Source: Alphaproteobacteria bacterium (lineage in GTDB: Bacteria; Pseudomonadota; Alphaproteobacteria; JAPOUT01; G958296285). Taken from it: a stretch of 64,000 nucleotides of DNA. The stretch is taken from NCBI GenBank assembly GCA_965212075.1, contig OZ243043.1:582763-646762 (forward strand), given 5' to 3'. Shown one piece after another: positions 38,413 through 48,460 of this stretch; position 1 is the first letter of the stretch, and every line of letters starts with the position of its first letter. The notes beneath the pieces were generated by a model. That model saw only the letters and a program-made list of their open reading frames with translations. It ran no database searches and had not been told where the DNA came from. A program made the position numbers and the translations under genes.

Positions 38413-39421
38413 TGGAGATTTTGATCCATTGATCCAGAGTTTTTGCGGCGCGGCCTGATGAGATGGCGTCTTTGGCTTGTTCAGCGCCTTGTTTGAGGTC
38501 ATCGGCCTGACCGGCGACGATCAGCGCGCCGGCGGCGTTCAAGACGACGATATCATGGTAGGCGCCTTGCTGGCCAGCGAGCAGGCTTGTGAGGGCTTGG
38601 GCGTTGTCGGCGATCGCGCCGCCGGTGAGATCAGCGGGCTGGGCGCGAGGCAGACCGGCTTGTTCGGGGGTGATTTCGAAGCAGGTGATTTTGCCTTGAT
38701 CCAATTGCGCGACGTGGCTGGGCGCGGTTGTGGTCAATTCGTCCATGCCGTCATCGCCATGGACGACCCAAGCACGCTCGCAGCCGAGTTTTTGCAGCGC
38801 TTCGGCGATTGGTCTGACCCATTTTTGGTCAAACACGCCGGTGAATTGGCGTCTGACGCCCGCCGGATTGCATAAAGGCCCGATGAGATTAAAGATCGTG
38901 CGAAAACCCAAAGCGGCGCGCACCGGTGCGACATGGCGCATCGCGCTATGGTGATTTTGCGCGAACATAAAGCCGATGCCCGCGCTTTGGATGGAGCGCT
39001 CAAACGCGCTTCTATCAAGGTTGACGCCTAGGTGAGCGAGCAGATCCGCTGAGCCGGATTTTGAAGATTGCGCGCGGTTGCCATGTTTGGCGACCTTGAC
39101 GCCGCAGGCCGCAAGCACCAAAGAGGCGGCGGTTGAAATATTCAATGTGTTTTTCATATCGCCGCCGGTTCCGCAATTATCTATAGCATCATCGGGCGCT
39201 TTGACCGGCAGCATATTGCGGCGCATGATGAGCGCGGCGGCAGCGATCTCATCGGCCTGTTCGCCTAGCAGATGGAGCGCGGTCAAAAAAGAAGCGATCT
39301 GTGCTTCCTGCGCTTCGCCCGACATGATGAAGCCAAAAGCTTGTTCTATTTGTTCGGGCGCGGGCCGGTCTGCTCCGGCGGCGAGCGAAGCGAGCAGGGA
39401 CTTAAAATCTTTCTCATCCAT
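38405..39421 (-). CDS. trpD: Anthranilate phosphoribosyltransferase
   Basis: Carries the GTGGD motif (DNCGTGGDMKNTLNISTAASLVLAACGVKVAKHGNRAQSSKSGSADLL). Confidence 0.92.
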   Translation of the reverse strand: MDEKDFKSLLASLAAGADRPAPEQIEQAFGFIMSGEAQEAQIASFLTALHLLGEQADEIAAAALIMRRNMLPVKAPDDAIDNCGTGGDMKNTLNISTAASLVLAACGVKVAKHGNRAQSSKSGSADLLAHLGVNLDRSAFERSIQSAGIGFMFAQNHHSAMRHVAPVRAALGFRTIFNLIGPLCNPAGVRRQFTGVFDQKWVRPIAEALQKLGCERAWVVHGDDGMDELTTTAPSHVAQLDQGKITCFEITPEQAGLPRAQPADLTGGAIADNAQALTSLLAGQQGAYHDIVVLNAAGALIVAGQADDLKQGAEQAKDAISSGRAAKTLDQWIKISNE

Positions 39422-40025
39422 TTTTTTTATTTCTTTCCTCATCCATTTTTTTACGCGACACGCCTGCGAGTTTCAAAAAGTTTTTCAGCAATCTGTGGCC
39501 GTTTTCGGTCGCGATGCTTTCGGGATGAAATTGAACGCCGTGAACATTATATTTCTTATGCCGCACGCCCATCAGCAGGCCGTCTTGGGTCCAAGCGCAG
39601 GCTTCCAGCATATCAGGCAAAGTAGCTTGGTCAATGACAAGGGAATGATAGCGCGCCGCTGCAAAGTTTTGCGCCAGTCCGGCAAAGACGCCCTGATCGT
39701 CATGTTTGATGGCGCTCAATTTGCCATGCACCGGCGCGGGCGCGCGCGTGATCGCGCCGCCATAGGCCTGTCCGATCGCCTCATGCCCCAGACAGATGCC
39801 CAACATCGGAATATCCCTATTCTCCCTGACCAGATTAAGACTGATGCCCGCTTTATCAGGATCGCAAGGGCCGGGAGAAAAAATGATCGCCTCCGGCTTG
39901 AGGGCGAGCGCCTGCTCCACAGTGAGCGCGTCGTTGCGCCGGACATCGCAGGCCGCGCCCAGATCGCCTAGAAAATGAACGAGGTTCCAAGTGAAGCTGT
40001 CATAATTATCAATGAGCAGGATCAT
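39414..40025 (-). CDS. trpG: Anthranilate synthase component II (glutamine amidotransferase; TrpG/PabA type)
   Basis: MILLIDNYDSFTWNLVHF...GICLGHE...HGVQFHPES carries the class-I GATase triad. Confidence 0.9.
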   Translation of the reverse strand: MILLIDNYDSFTWNLVHFLGDLGAACDVRRNDALTVEQALALKPEAIIFSPGPCDPDKAGISLNLVRENRDIPMLGICLGHEAIGQAYGGAITRAPAPVHGKLSAIKHDDQGVFAGLAQNFAAARYHSLVIDQATLPDMLEACAWTQDGLLMGVRHKKYNVHGVQFHPESIATENGHRLLKNFLKLAGVSRKKMDEERNKKNG

Positions 40026-41521
40026 TTAGCGGCCTCCGGCAGCGGCGCGAACTGGTGCGCCAGCTCGGCGGCGCGGTGCAGCGCTTTGGCCTTATTGACC
40101 GATTCCTGATATTCGCGCTCGGGTTCGGAATCGGCGACGATGCCGCCGCCGGTCTGCACATAAAGCGTTTGATTTTTCAAAACCGCTGTGCGCAAAGTGA
40201 TGCAGCTATCCATATGGCCATTGGCCGAAAAATAGCCAAGCGCACCGGCATAGACGCTGCGCTTTTCTTTTTCAAGCTCGGCGATAATTTCCATCGCGCG
40301 GATTTTCGGCGCGCCCGAAACGGTGCCTGCCGGAAAACCGGCGAGCAGCGCCTCTAGCGCATCGCAGTCTTTTTTCAGCCGCCCGACAACGTTTGAGACG
40401 ATGTGAATCAAATGAGATGTCCATTGCAGCGCAAATTGCTCGGTGACTTGCACCGAGCCAATTTCGGAAGCGCGCCCGACATCATTGCGTCCGAGGTCAA
40501 GCAGCATCAAATGTTCGGCGCGCTCTTTGGGGTCAGCCAGCAAAGCTTGACCGGCCTGCTGGTCTTTTTCTGCGCTGCCAGTTCTTGATGCGGTGCCGGC
40601 AACCGGACGAATCGTCACTTGATTATCTTCGCAGCGCACAAGAACTTCGGGGCTTGAGCCGACGACATCAAAATCATCAAAGTTCATAAAAAACAGATAG
40701 GGCGAAGGATTAATCCGCCGCAGCGCGCGATAAAGCGCAAAGCTGGGCAGCGGAAATGGCGTTTCAAAGCGCTGGCTTACGACCGCTTGGTAGATGTCGC
40801 CCTGATAAATATAATCAATCACGCGGCGCACCATGTCGAGAAATGCAGGCTTGCCGATGTTGGACTGCGGCACCACATTAATCTCTGGCGCGGGCGCGGT
40901 GGGATATATCAGCGCTTTTGACAGAGCTTGTCTCATCTCTTCAAGCACGTTTTGACCCTGCGCGAACGCCTCTTGCGCAGACATATCTTTGCGCGGTCTG
41001 ACAATCGCCAGCAATTTGATCTGGCCTTTGAGATTATCAAACAGCACCATGCGTGATGGCCGCACAAAAATACTGTCCGGCAGGCCGAGCGCATCATGCG
41101 GCACCGCAGGAAGGTTTTCAACGAAACGCGCCATGTCATAGCCCAGATAGCCAAACAGCCCCGCAGATACGGAAGGCAGATCATCAGGCAGATCAAAGGC
41201 CGTCTGCGCAATTAAAGCGCGCAGCGATTCCAGAGGCGGGCGGGGGTCAAACGCGAACTGGTCGGGATCGCTCTGCGCGCGCTCATTGACTTCAACCTGT
41301 CCCGCGCGCACACGCCAAATCAAATCAGGGGCGAGCCCGATGACCGAATAGCGGCCACGCCGCTCGCCATCCTCTGCCGATTCCAGCAAAAAGCCATAGC
41401 GCGCGCGGCCAACGCCCAGCTTCAATCCCGCCGAGATCGGCGTTTCAAGATCAGCGGCCAGATCAAGACTGAGAATTTGCGCCTGTCCCGCATCATAAAG
41501 CTGCTGGAATGCGCTCTTCAT
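40022..41521 (-). CDS. trpE: Anthranilate synthase component I
   Basis: 499 aa with the chorismate-binding domain (...GAPKIRAMEIIAELE...LGYFSANGHMDSCITLRT). Confidence 0.92.
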   Translation of the reverse strand: MKSAFQQLYDAGQAQILSLDLAADLETPISAGLKLGVGRARYGFLLESAEDGERRGRYSVIGLAPDLIWRVRAGQVEVNERAQSDPDQFAFDPRPPLESLRALIAQTAFDLPDDLPSVSAGLFGYLGYDMARFVENLPAVPHDALGLPDSIFVRPSRMVLFDNLKGQIKLLAIVRPRKDMSAQEAFAQGQNVLEEMRQALSKALIYPTAPAPEINVVPQSNIGKPAFLDMVRRVIDYIYQGDIYQAVVSQRFETPFPLPSFALYRALRRINPSPYLFFMNFDDFDVVGSSPEVLVRCEDNQVTIRPVAGTASRTGSAEKDQQAGQALLADPKERAEHLMLLDLGRNDVGRASEIGSVQVTEQFALQWTSHLIHIVSNVVGRLKKDCDALEALLAGFPAGTVSGAPKIRAMEIIAELEKEKRSVYAGALGYFSANGHMDSCITLRTAVLKNQTLYVQTGGGIVADSEPEREYQESVNKAKALHRAAELAHQFAPLPEAAK

Positions 41522-43413
41522 CTGACGTTTTGCGTCAATGTATCAAAAGCGAGCTTTACGTTTTCCTGATGAACCGTCAGCCCATATTCATCTTGGACGC
41601 TGGCGATATATTGCGAGATGAGCTCATTGGCGTATAATGTTTTTAGCTCCTGCCTTATGCTGTTTTTCAGTGCGCGACGATCCTGCGCGCTCGTCTGCGC
41701 TGCGCGCGCCCGCGCTACGCGCAGCACGATGATCTCTCCCGACTTGACGCCCGCGCCTTTGAGGAAGGCGCCGATTGGCGCGCGATGAAGCGCCTCAACG
41801 AGGTCTTCGGTCAAAACATCGCTTTTGGCAAAACGCGCCAGCGGCGGCGTTCGCGAAATTTTTTGTTTCGTCAAGCTTTTGAGTGTTGCGCCTAGCGAGC
41901 CTTTTTGAATCATCTCTTCAGCAAGCTGTGCCAATTTTTTTTGCCGCTCTTCACGCTGCCAAATGCGCAATGCTTTGGCGCGCACTTGAGATAGGGTTTG
42001 AGTCTGTGCAGGCGTGATTTCAGTTACTTCAAGCCAATAATAGCCATTATTCTGTGTGCGCGCGACAGCGAGGTCTTCATTTTGAGATGAGGAAAAAACC
42101 CGCTGAATGAGGCCATCAATTTTTGGCAATTTTTTGGGAAGCTTGGCGGCGGCCTGCAAGTCGTTGACGCTGAATATGCGGCCATATTTTTTTGCAATCT
42201 GCGCCAGACTGTCACCTGAAGCGCGGCCATCTTCAATAAGATTATGCACGGCATAAATTTCATCCTGCGCTTCATCAAGCAAAAGCCGCTGATGAATTTC
42301 TTTTTTGACCTCACGAAATGATTTTTGCTTCGCGCGCTTTATATCTTGCACATGAAGCAAGATGGCACCGAAGGGGCCGTCAACCACTTGGCTGACATCG
42401 CCTTTGCGCAGTTTTTTTGCTGCTTGCGCGACAGATAGTGACAGATATTCATTTTCGGTGAGCCAGCCTAATGTAATGTCATCTTGGGAAAGCTTGCGCG
42501 CTTTGGCGATTTTGTCAAAGCGCGTGCCGCGATCTATTTTACGCCGTGCTTCTTGCGCGGTTTTTTTGTTGGGGAAAATAATTTGCTGCACGAGGCGCTG
42601 TTCGAGCGTTGAGAACTGCGCGATGCGCGCATCATATTCCTGCCGGATGCGCGCCGCCGGAATTTTAATTGATGAGAAAAAATCTTTTGGTTCAAGAACA
42701 AGAAGCAAAAAGCTGCGCTGCTCTTTTTGCTGAAAGAGGTGAGAGCGCGCGGCAATGAAGTTTTGCAGCACGTCATCTGCGGGCGGCTTTGGCAGTACCA
42801 CAAGTTTTTGCCGAAGCACAGCATATTCCGCAATCCGGCGCGCATTTTGCGCTTTATAGATTTGGTCAATGAGCAAAGCGGGCGATCTCGGACGGGCGGT
42901 AAAAATCGTGATTAATTGGCGGCGCACATGCTCTTTTCTGCGCTGCTCGACGAAATCAATTTCAGTAATGCCCAGACTTTGAATCGCTTGTTCAAAATTG
43001 AGGCGATCAAAGCTGCCAAACGGTCCTTGAAAGATCGGGTCTTGGCGGATATTTTCAATAAGCGCCTGATCAGACACATCCAGCCCCAGCGTGCCAGCCG
43101 ATTGTTCAAGCGCAGCTTGATTAAGCAGCAGCGCCAAGACTTGCTGGTCAAGTCCATTTTGCCGCGCTTGAGCGATATTGAGCTCTTTGCCTTGCTGCCG
43201 CGTCTGCTGCTGCATCTGGTTAAAGGCGGCTCCAAAAGAGCGCTGGAATTGGCTCACGGCGATATGTTCGCTGCCGATTTTGGCGACGATCGGGTCGGGG
43301 GATCTGCCGAACACATCGCCAATGCCCCAGAGCGCGAAGATGCCAACAAGCAGAGCGATCAGGGTTTTGGCCATCCATCCGGCGACACTTTGTCTCAGGC
43401 GATTGAGCAGCAT
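41518..43413 (-). CDS. ppiD: Periplasmic chaperone / peptidyl-prolyl isomerase PpiD-like (SurA N-domain plus parvulin rotamase)
   Basis: N-terminal membrane anchor (MAKTLIALLVGIFALWGI) and a parvulin-like segment. 631 aa, located upstream of trpE. Confidence 0.8.
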   Translation of the reverse strand: MLLNRLRQSVAGWMAKTLIALLVGIFALWGIGDVFGRSPDPIVAKIGSEHIAVSQFQRSFGAAFNQMQQQTRQQGKELNIAQARQNGLDQQVLALLLNQAALEQSAGTLGLDVSDQALIENIRQDPIFQGPFGSFDRLNFEQAIQSLGITEIDFVEQRRKEHVRRQLITIFTARPRSPALLIDQIYKAQNARRIAEYAVLRQKLVVLPKPPADDVLQNFIAARSHLFQQKEQRSFLLLVLEPKDFFSSIKIPAARIRQEYDARIAQFSTLEQRLVQQIIFPNKKTAQEARRKIDRGTRFDKIAKARKLSQDDITLGWLTENEYLSLSVAQAAKKLRKGDVSQVVDGPFGAILLHVQDIKRAKQKSFREVKKEIHQRLLLDEAQDEIYAVHNLIEDGRASGDSLAQIAKKYGRIFSVNDLQAAAKLPKKLPKIDGLIQRVFSSSQNEDLAVARTQNNGYYWLEVTEITPAQTQTLSQVRAKALRIWQREERQKKLAQLAEEMIQKGSLGATLKSLTKQKISRTPPLARFAKSDVLTEDLVEALHRAPIGAFLKGAGVKSGEIIVLRVARARAAQTSAQDRRALKNSIRQELKTLYANELISQYIASVQDEYGLTVHQENVKLAFDTLTQNVR

Positions 43414-43469
43414 AAATATTTTCTTCTTGAGTGAATGATGGGGGAATAATATAGATTTTAGGCCATAAT

Positions 43470-44294
43470 ATGCTAAAGGATTTTGAGAAAAAAGATTTTT
43501 GCGTGAAAAAGAGATTTTTAATTATTGGGAATTGGAAGATGAACGGGCTGCGCGCGGCGCGGTCGGAGTTTGAGGCTATGCTTGAAGCGATGCCTACAGC
43601 GATGCCTACAGCGATGCCTACAGCGATGATAGCCGCACAGCCTATTTGCGAGGTGGTGATTTGCCCACCGGCGACGCTGATTGCCGAATTTGCTGGCTTG
43701 GCGGGGGGTGTGGTTCGGATGGGGGGGCAGAACTGCCACGCGCAGGCGTCTGGAGCGCATACGGGCGAGATCAGCGCTGAGATGCTCAAAGATTGCGGCG
43801 CAGATCTGGTCATTTGCGGCCATTCCGAGCGCCGGACGGAGCAGGGGGAGGCGAATGAGCTTGTCTGTGCCAAAGCGGCGGCGGCGATCAAAGCGGGGTT
43901 GAGGCCGGTCATCTGCGTCGGCGAGAGTAAGGCCGAACGCGCGCGCGGCGAGACATTGGCGGTGCTCTCGCGGCAAGTGAAGGGGTCTATGCCGTCCGCT
44001 TCCCCATCTATACCTACTTTTTCGGTCGCCTATGAGCCGATCTGGGCGATTGGCACGGGCGCGGCGGCGCAACCTCAAGATATTGAGCAGGCACATGGAT
44101 ATATTGATCGTCTTTTAAGTGAAATCTATGGAGAGGCTCACCAAATTCCTATTCTTTATGGCGGTTCGGTGAAGCCTGAAAATGCGGCGCAGATCGCCGC
44201 CCTTGAGGGGGTCGGCGGCCTGCTCATCGGCGGAGCCTCCTTGAAAGCTGATCAGTTCCTGTCTATTATCCATTCATGCAAACAATTTTATTAA
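43470..44294 (+). CDS. tpiA: Triosephosphate isomerase
   Basis: Motifs IIGNWKMNG, ICGHSERR and VAYEPIWAIGTG. The start is uncertain (ATG 43470 without SD versus GTG 43503). The gene contains an in-frame 12-bp triple repeat. Confidence 0.9.
   Translation: MLKDFEKKDFCVKKRFLIIGNWKMNGLRAARSEFEAMLEAMPTAMPTAMPTAMIAAQPICEVVICPPATLIAEFAGLAGGVVRMGGQNCHAQASGAHTGEISAEMLKDCGADLVICGHSERRTEQGEANELVCAKAAAAIKAGLRPVICVGESKAERARGETLAVLSRQVKGSMPSASPSIPTFSVAYEPIWAIGTGAAAQPQDIEQAHGYIDRLLSEIYGEAHQIPILYGGSVKPENAAQIAALEGVGGLLIGGASLKADQFLSIIHSCKQFY
43587..43630 (+). repeat. In-frame tandem repeat (gcgatgcctaca) x3 plus a partial copy, inside tpiA, encoding (AMPT)3
   Basis: Three perfect 12-nt copies and a diverged fourth are read directly from the sequence (LEAMPTAMPTAMPTAMIAAQ). 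Confidence 0.8.
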
Positions 44295-44572
44295 TTTTTC
44301 ATTTGCTTTTGGCGCTGACGATTATCGGCATGGTTCTGCTGCAGCGCACGGAGGGCGGCGCGCTGGGCATCGGCGGCGGCGACGGCTTGAAGACAGGCCG
44401 CGCGCCGGGCAATCCTCTTGCGCGCGCGACCGGCATTTTGGGCGCGATTTTTTTCCTGACCTCCATCGGCCTGACCCTGCTCGCCCAGCAGGAGCGCTCG
44501 GGCTCGGTGCTAGACGCCGCGCCGCCGGTTCAGCAATCTCCGACCATCCCCCAGCCCGATGCTAGCCAATAA
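44276..44572 (+). CDS. secG: Preprotein translocase subunit SecG
   Basis: MQTILLIFHLLLALTIIGMVLLQRTEGGALGIGGG...; two TM helices, 98 aa, following tpiA. Confidence 0.9.
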   Translation: MQTILLIFHLLLALTIIGMVLLQRTEGGALGIGGGDGLKTGRAPGNPLARATGILGAIFFLTSIGLTLLAQQERSGSVLDAAPPVQQSPTIPQPDASQ

Positions 44573-44675
44573 ACAAAAGCCCAATAAACAAAAGTTAAGA
44601 CCAAATCGTCAAAAATCGTTAAAGCAGGACTCCCTTATCCGCAGGAAGTGCGATAAGGTTGGGTAAGGTTTGTTT

Positions 44676-46310
44676 ATGACGCGCTATATTTTTATTACCG
44701 GCGGCGTGGTGTCTTCTTTGGGCAAGGGGATTGCTGCGGCGGCTCTGGGCGCGCTGTTGCAGGCGCGTGGTTATTCTGTGCGTCTGCGCAAGCTGGATCC
44801 TTATTTGAATGTTGATCCGGGCACGATGAGTCCGTCGCAGCATGGCGAGGTTTTCGTGACCGAAGACGGCGCCGAGACGGATTTGGATTTGGGTCATTAT
44901 GAGCGTTTCACCGGCGTCAATTGTGCGCAGAGCGACAATATGACGGCGGGGCGCATTTATCGCGAGATCATCCGCCGCGAGCGGCGCGGCGATTATCTGG
45001 GCGCGACGGTTCAAGTCATTCCGCATGTGACCGATATGATCAAAGAATTCATCGTCAAAGATAATGACGGCATTGACTTTGTGCTGTGTGAGATTGGCGG
45101 CACGATCGGGGATATTGAGGGGCTGCCTTTCTTTGAAGCGATCCGCCAGTTGGGCAATAGTCTAAAGCCGGAGCAGACGGGGTTCATTCACTTGACCTTG
45201 CTGCCATTCATTGCGAGCGCCGGTGAGATGAAGACCAAGCCGACGCAGCATTCGGTCAAAGAGCTGCGTTCTATTGGCATCCAGCCGGATATTTTGCTCT
45301 GCCGCACCGAGCGCGCGATCCCGCCTGATGAGAGGCGCAAGATCGCGCTCTTTTGCAGTGTCCGCGAGGAGGCGGTCATTGAGGCGAGAGATGTTAGTTC
45401 AATCTATGAAGTGCCGCTGGTCTATCATCAAGAGGGGCTTGACCGGCAGATTTTATCTTGTCTGGGCATTAAAGAGCCGCCGACAATCAATCTCGGCAAA
45501 TGGCATGAGATTATTTCACGCATCAACCAGCCCGATGGCGCGGTGCAGATCGCGGTGGTCGGCAAATATATGGATACGACTCTTGACGCCTATAAATCGC
45601 TGGCTGAGGCTCTGGTTCATGGCGGCATCGCCAATCGGGTGCGCGTCAATGTGAACTGGATCGACTCCGAAATTTTTGAAGGCGACAAACCGGCGATTCA
45701 TTTTTTGGAGGGCGTCAATGGGATTATCGTACCCGGCGGCTTTGGGCAAAGAGGCGCGGAGGGCAAGATCGCCGCGACGCATTTCGCGCGCCTGCGCGAA
45801 GTCCCGTGGTTTGGGATATGTTTTGGCATGCAGATGGGCATGGTGGAAGCGGCGCGCAATCTCGTCGGGCTTGAGCGGGCGAGTTCATCGGAATTTGGCG
45901 TAGCCAGCAATCCGGTCATCGGCCTGATGACCGAGTGGCTCAAAGATGGCGAGGTCAATCGCCGCAACCGGCATAATGATCTGGGCGGCACGATGAGGCT
46001 GGGCGTCTATGAGGCGCGGCTCGCGCCTGACAGCCGGATCGCGAAAATCTACGGCTCACAGCGTATTTATGAGCGCCACCGCCACCGCTACGAGCTCAAC
46101 ATCAATTATCGCGATTCATTTGCTGAAAAGGGGCTAGCCATCTCGGGCATTTCTCCCGACGGCCTGCTGCCCGAAACTGTGGAAATTAGCGACCATCCAT
46201 GGTATATCGGAGTCCAATACCACCCCGAACTGCAATCAAGGCCGTTCGCGCCTCACCCTTTGTTTGCCTCTTTCATTGAAGCCGCCATCGCCCAAAGCCG
46301 CTTACTCTAA
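44676..46310 (+). CDS. pyrG: CTP synthase
   Basis: [33 protein letters not shown]... and a C-terminal GATase domain (GICFGMQ). Confidence 0.95.
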   Translation: MTRYIFITGGVVSSLGKGIAAAALGALLQARGYSVRLRKLDPYLNVDPGTMSPSQHGEVFVTEDGAETDLDLGHYERFTGVNCAQSDNMTAGRIYREIIRRERRGDYLGATVQVIPHVTDMIKEFIVKDNDGIDFVLCEIGGTIGDIEGLPFFEAIRQLGNSLKPEQTGFIHLTLLPFIASAGEMKTKPTQHSVKELRSIGIQPDILLCRTERAIPPDERRKIALFCSVREEAVIEARDVSSIYEVPLVYHQEGLDRQILSCLGIKEPPTINLGKWHEIISRINQPDGAVQIAVVGKYMDTTLDAYKSLAEALVHGGIANRVRVNVNWIDSEIFEGDKPAIHFLEGVNGIIVPGGFGQRGAEGKIAATHFARLREVPWFGICFGMQMGMVEAARNLVGLERASSSEFGVASNPVIGLMTEWLKDGEVNRRNRHNDLGGTMRLGVYEARLAPDSRIAKIYGSQRIYERHRHRYELNINYRDSFAEKGLAISGISPDGLLPETVEISDHPWYIGVQYHPELQSRPFAPHPLFASFIEAAIAQSRLL

Positions 46311-47149
46311 TGTTTAACGAAAAAATCAAAATCGGAGATATTACGATCGGCAATAAAAGCCCGCTGGCTTTTATCGCTGGCCCTTGTGCGATGGAAAGCC
46401 GCGCCCATGCTCTTGAGATGGCCAGCGCGCTCGCCGAAATTGCGCAGCGGCAGGGCGTTGGCCTGATTTATAAAACCTCCTTTGATAAGGCCAACCGCAC
46501 GAGCGTCAGCGCCAAGCGCGGCATCGGCCTCAAACAAGCCGCCGAGATTTTCGCCGAAATCCGCGAGACCACCGGCCTGCCCACATTGACCGATGTCCAT
46601 GAACCCGCTCAATGCGCCGCCATCGCAGACGTGGTGGACGTGCTGCAAATCCCCGCCTTTTTATGCCGCCAGACCGATCTGCTCACCGCAGCGGCCAAAA
46701 CCGGCAAAGTTATCAACGTCAAGAAAGGTCAGTTCCTCGCGCCTTGGGATATGATTCATGTCGCCAAAAAAATCGCTGAGGGCGGCAATGCCAATGTGAT
46801 GGTCACTGAACGCGGCGTGTCTTTTGGCTATAACACGCTCGTTTGTGATATGCGCTCTTTGCCGGAATTGCGCCAGATCGGCTGTCCGGTTGTGTTTGAT
46901 GCGACCCACAGCGTCCAAGAACCCGGCGGACGCGGCACCGCTTCGGGCGGCAAGCGCGAAATGGCGCCGGTGCTGGCGCGCGCGGCGGTGGCAGTCGGTG
47001 TTGCCGCTGTGTTCATGGAAACTCATCAAGACCCTGACAATGCGCCCTCTGATGGGCCGAATATGATCCGCCTCCAAGACATTGAAAACATCATTGCTGA
47101 TTTAGTCGCCTTTGACCGCTTGACCAAAACGCGCGGTCTCGTCGCATGA
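46310..47149 (+). CDS. kdsA: 3-deoxy-8-phosphooctulonate (KDO-8-P) synthase
   Basis: FIAGPCAMESRAHALEMA...LIYKTSFDKANRTS; 279 aa. Confidence 0.93.
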   Translation: MFNEKIKIGDITIGNKSPLAFIAGPCAMESRAHALEMASALAEIAQRQGVGLIYKTSFDKANRTSVSAKRGIGLKQAAEIFAEIRETTGLPTLTDVHEPAQCAAIADVVDVLQIPAFLCRQTDLLTAAAKTGKVINVKKGQFLAPWDMIHVAKKIAEGGNANVMVTERGVSFGYNTLVCDMRSLPELRQIGCPVVFDATHSVQEPGGRGTASGGKREMAPVLARAAVAVGVAAVFMETHQDPDNAPSDGPNMIRLQDIENIIADLVAFDRLTKTRGLVA

Positions 47150-47184
47150 GCAGGATCGCCGCATGAGCAGGATCGCCGCATGAG
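47144..47184 (+). repeat. 17-bp direct tandem repeat (gcatgagcaggatcgcc x2 plus a partial third) spanning the kdsA stop and the eno start
   Basis: Copies start at 47144, 47161 and 47178. The duplication copies the TGA-stop/ATG context. Confidence 0.75.
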
Positions 47185-48460
47185 CGTCATCACCGATATT
47201 ACCGCGCGCGAAATCCTCGACAGCCGCGGCAATCCGACGATTGAAGTCGCCGTCACTTTGGATGACGGCACAACAAAACGCGCCGCCGTGCCTTCCGGCG
47301 CGAGCACAGGCCGCTATGAGGCGCTCGAACTGCGCGATGGCGACCCAAAACGCTGGCATGGACGCGGCGTCAGCACCGCGATTGACTTCGTGCAGGGGGA
47401 AATTTTTGATGCGCTGTCAGGCATGGATGTCCGCGCGCAGCGGCAGATTGACCAGATCCTCTGCGACCTTGACGGCACGCCGAACAAAAGCCGCTTGGGT
47501 GCAAATGCGCTGCTGGGGGTGTCATTGGCTGTCGCGCAGACGGCAGCAGCAGCAGCAGGGCTTGATCTGTTTCAATATATAGGCGGCGCGCGCGCACATT
47601 TGCTTCCTGCACCGATGATGAATGTGCTTAATGGCGGCGCGCATGCCGACAACCCGCTTGATGTGCAGGAATTTATGATTGTTCCGGCGGGCTTTGCGCG
47701 TTTTGCTGATGCCTTGCGCGCGGGCGCTGAGATTTTTCAAACGCTGAAAAAAATGCTGGTGGAAAAAAAAATGAGCGTCAATGTCGGTGATGAAGGCGGC
47801 TTTGCGCCCGATGTCAGCGTTCAAGAGGCGCTGGATATTCTTTGCGATGCGATTGAGGCTTCGGGCTATCGCGCCGGAGATGATGTGTTTCTTGCCCTTG
47901 ATGTCGCGGCGAGCGAATTTTTCCGCGAGCAGAAATATCACCTCGCCGGAGAAAATCGTGTGCTTTCATCAGGCGAAATGGCGGATTGGCTTGAAGATCT
48001 GGTGGGCGCATATCCGATCATCTCGGTGGAAGATGGCATGGCCGAAGATGATTGGGAAGGCTGGCAGCTTTTGACACAAAAAATCGGCGCGAAGGTCAAT
48101 CTGGTCGGCGATGATCTGTTCACGACAAATTGCGACCGCATTCGCCGCGGCATCGCAGAGGCTTCAGCCAATGCGGTGTTGATCAAGCCCAACCAGATCG
48201 GCACATTGACCGAAACCGAAGAGGCGCTGACGCTCGCGCAGAATGCGGGCTTTGCGACCGTGATGTCGCATCGTTCGGGCGAGACCGAAGATGTTATCAT
48301 TGCCGATCTGGCCGTTGGCTTTGCGACCGGCTGGATCAAGACGGGCTCTTTGGCGCGCAGCGAGCGGACCGCAAAATATAACCGCCTGCTGCGCATTGAA
48401 GACAAATTAGGAGCACCCGCACTTTATGCCGGACTGCAAATCAGAGAGAGGTTCGCATGA
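47180..48460 (+). CDS. eno: Enolase (phosphopyruvate hydratase)
   Basis: [30 protein letters not shown]...SHRSGETED; 426 aa. Confidence 0.96.
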   Translation: MSVITDITAREILDSRGNPTIEVAVTLDDGTTKRAAVPSGASTGRYEALELRDGDPKRWHGRGVSTAIDFVQGEIFDALSGMDVRAQRQIDQILCDLDGTPNKSRLGANALLGVSLAVAQTAAAAAGLDLFQYIGGARAHLLPAPMMNVLNGGAHADNPLDVQEFMIVPAGFARFADALRAGAEIFQTLKKMLVEKKMSVNVGDEGGFAPDVSVQEALDILCDAIEASGYRAGDDVFLALDVAASEFFREQKYHLAGENRVLSSGEMADWLEDLVGAYPIISVEDGMAEDDWEGWQLLTQKIGAKVNLVGDDLFTTNCDRIRRGIAEASANAVLIKPNQIGTLTETEEALTLAQNAGFATVMSHRSGETEDVIIADLAVGFATGWIKTGSLARSERTAKYNRLLRIEDKLGAPALYAGLQIRERFA

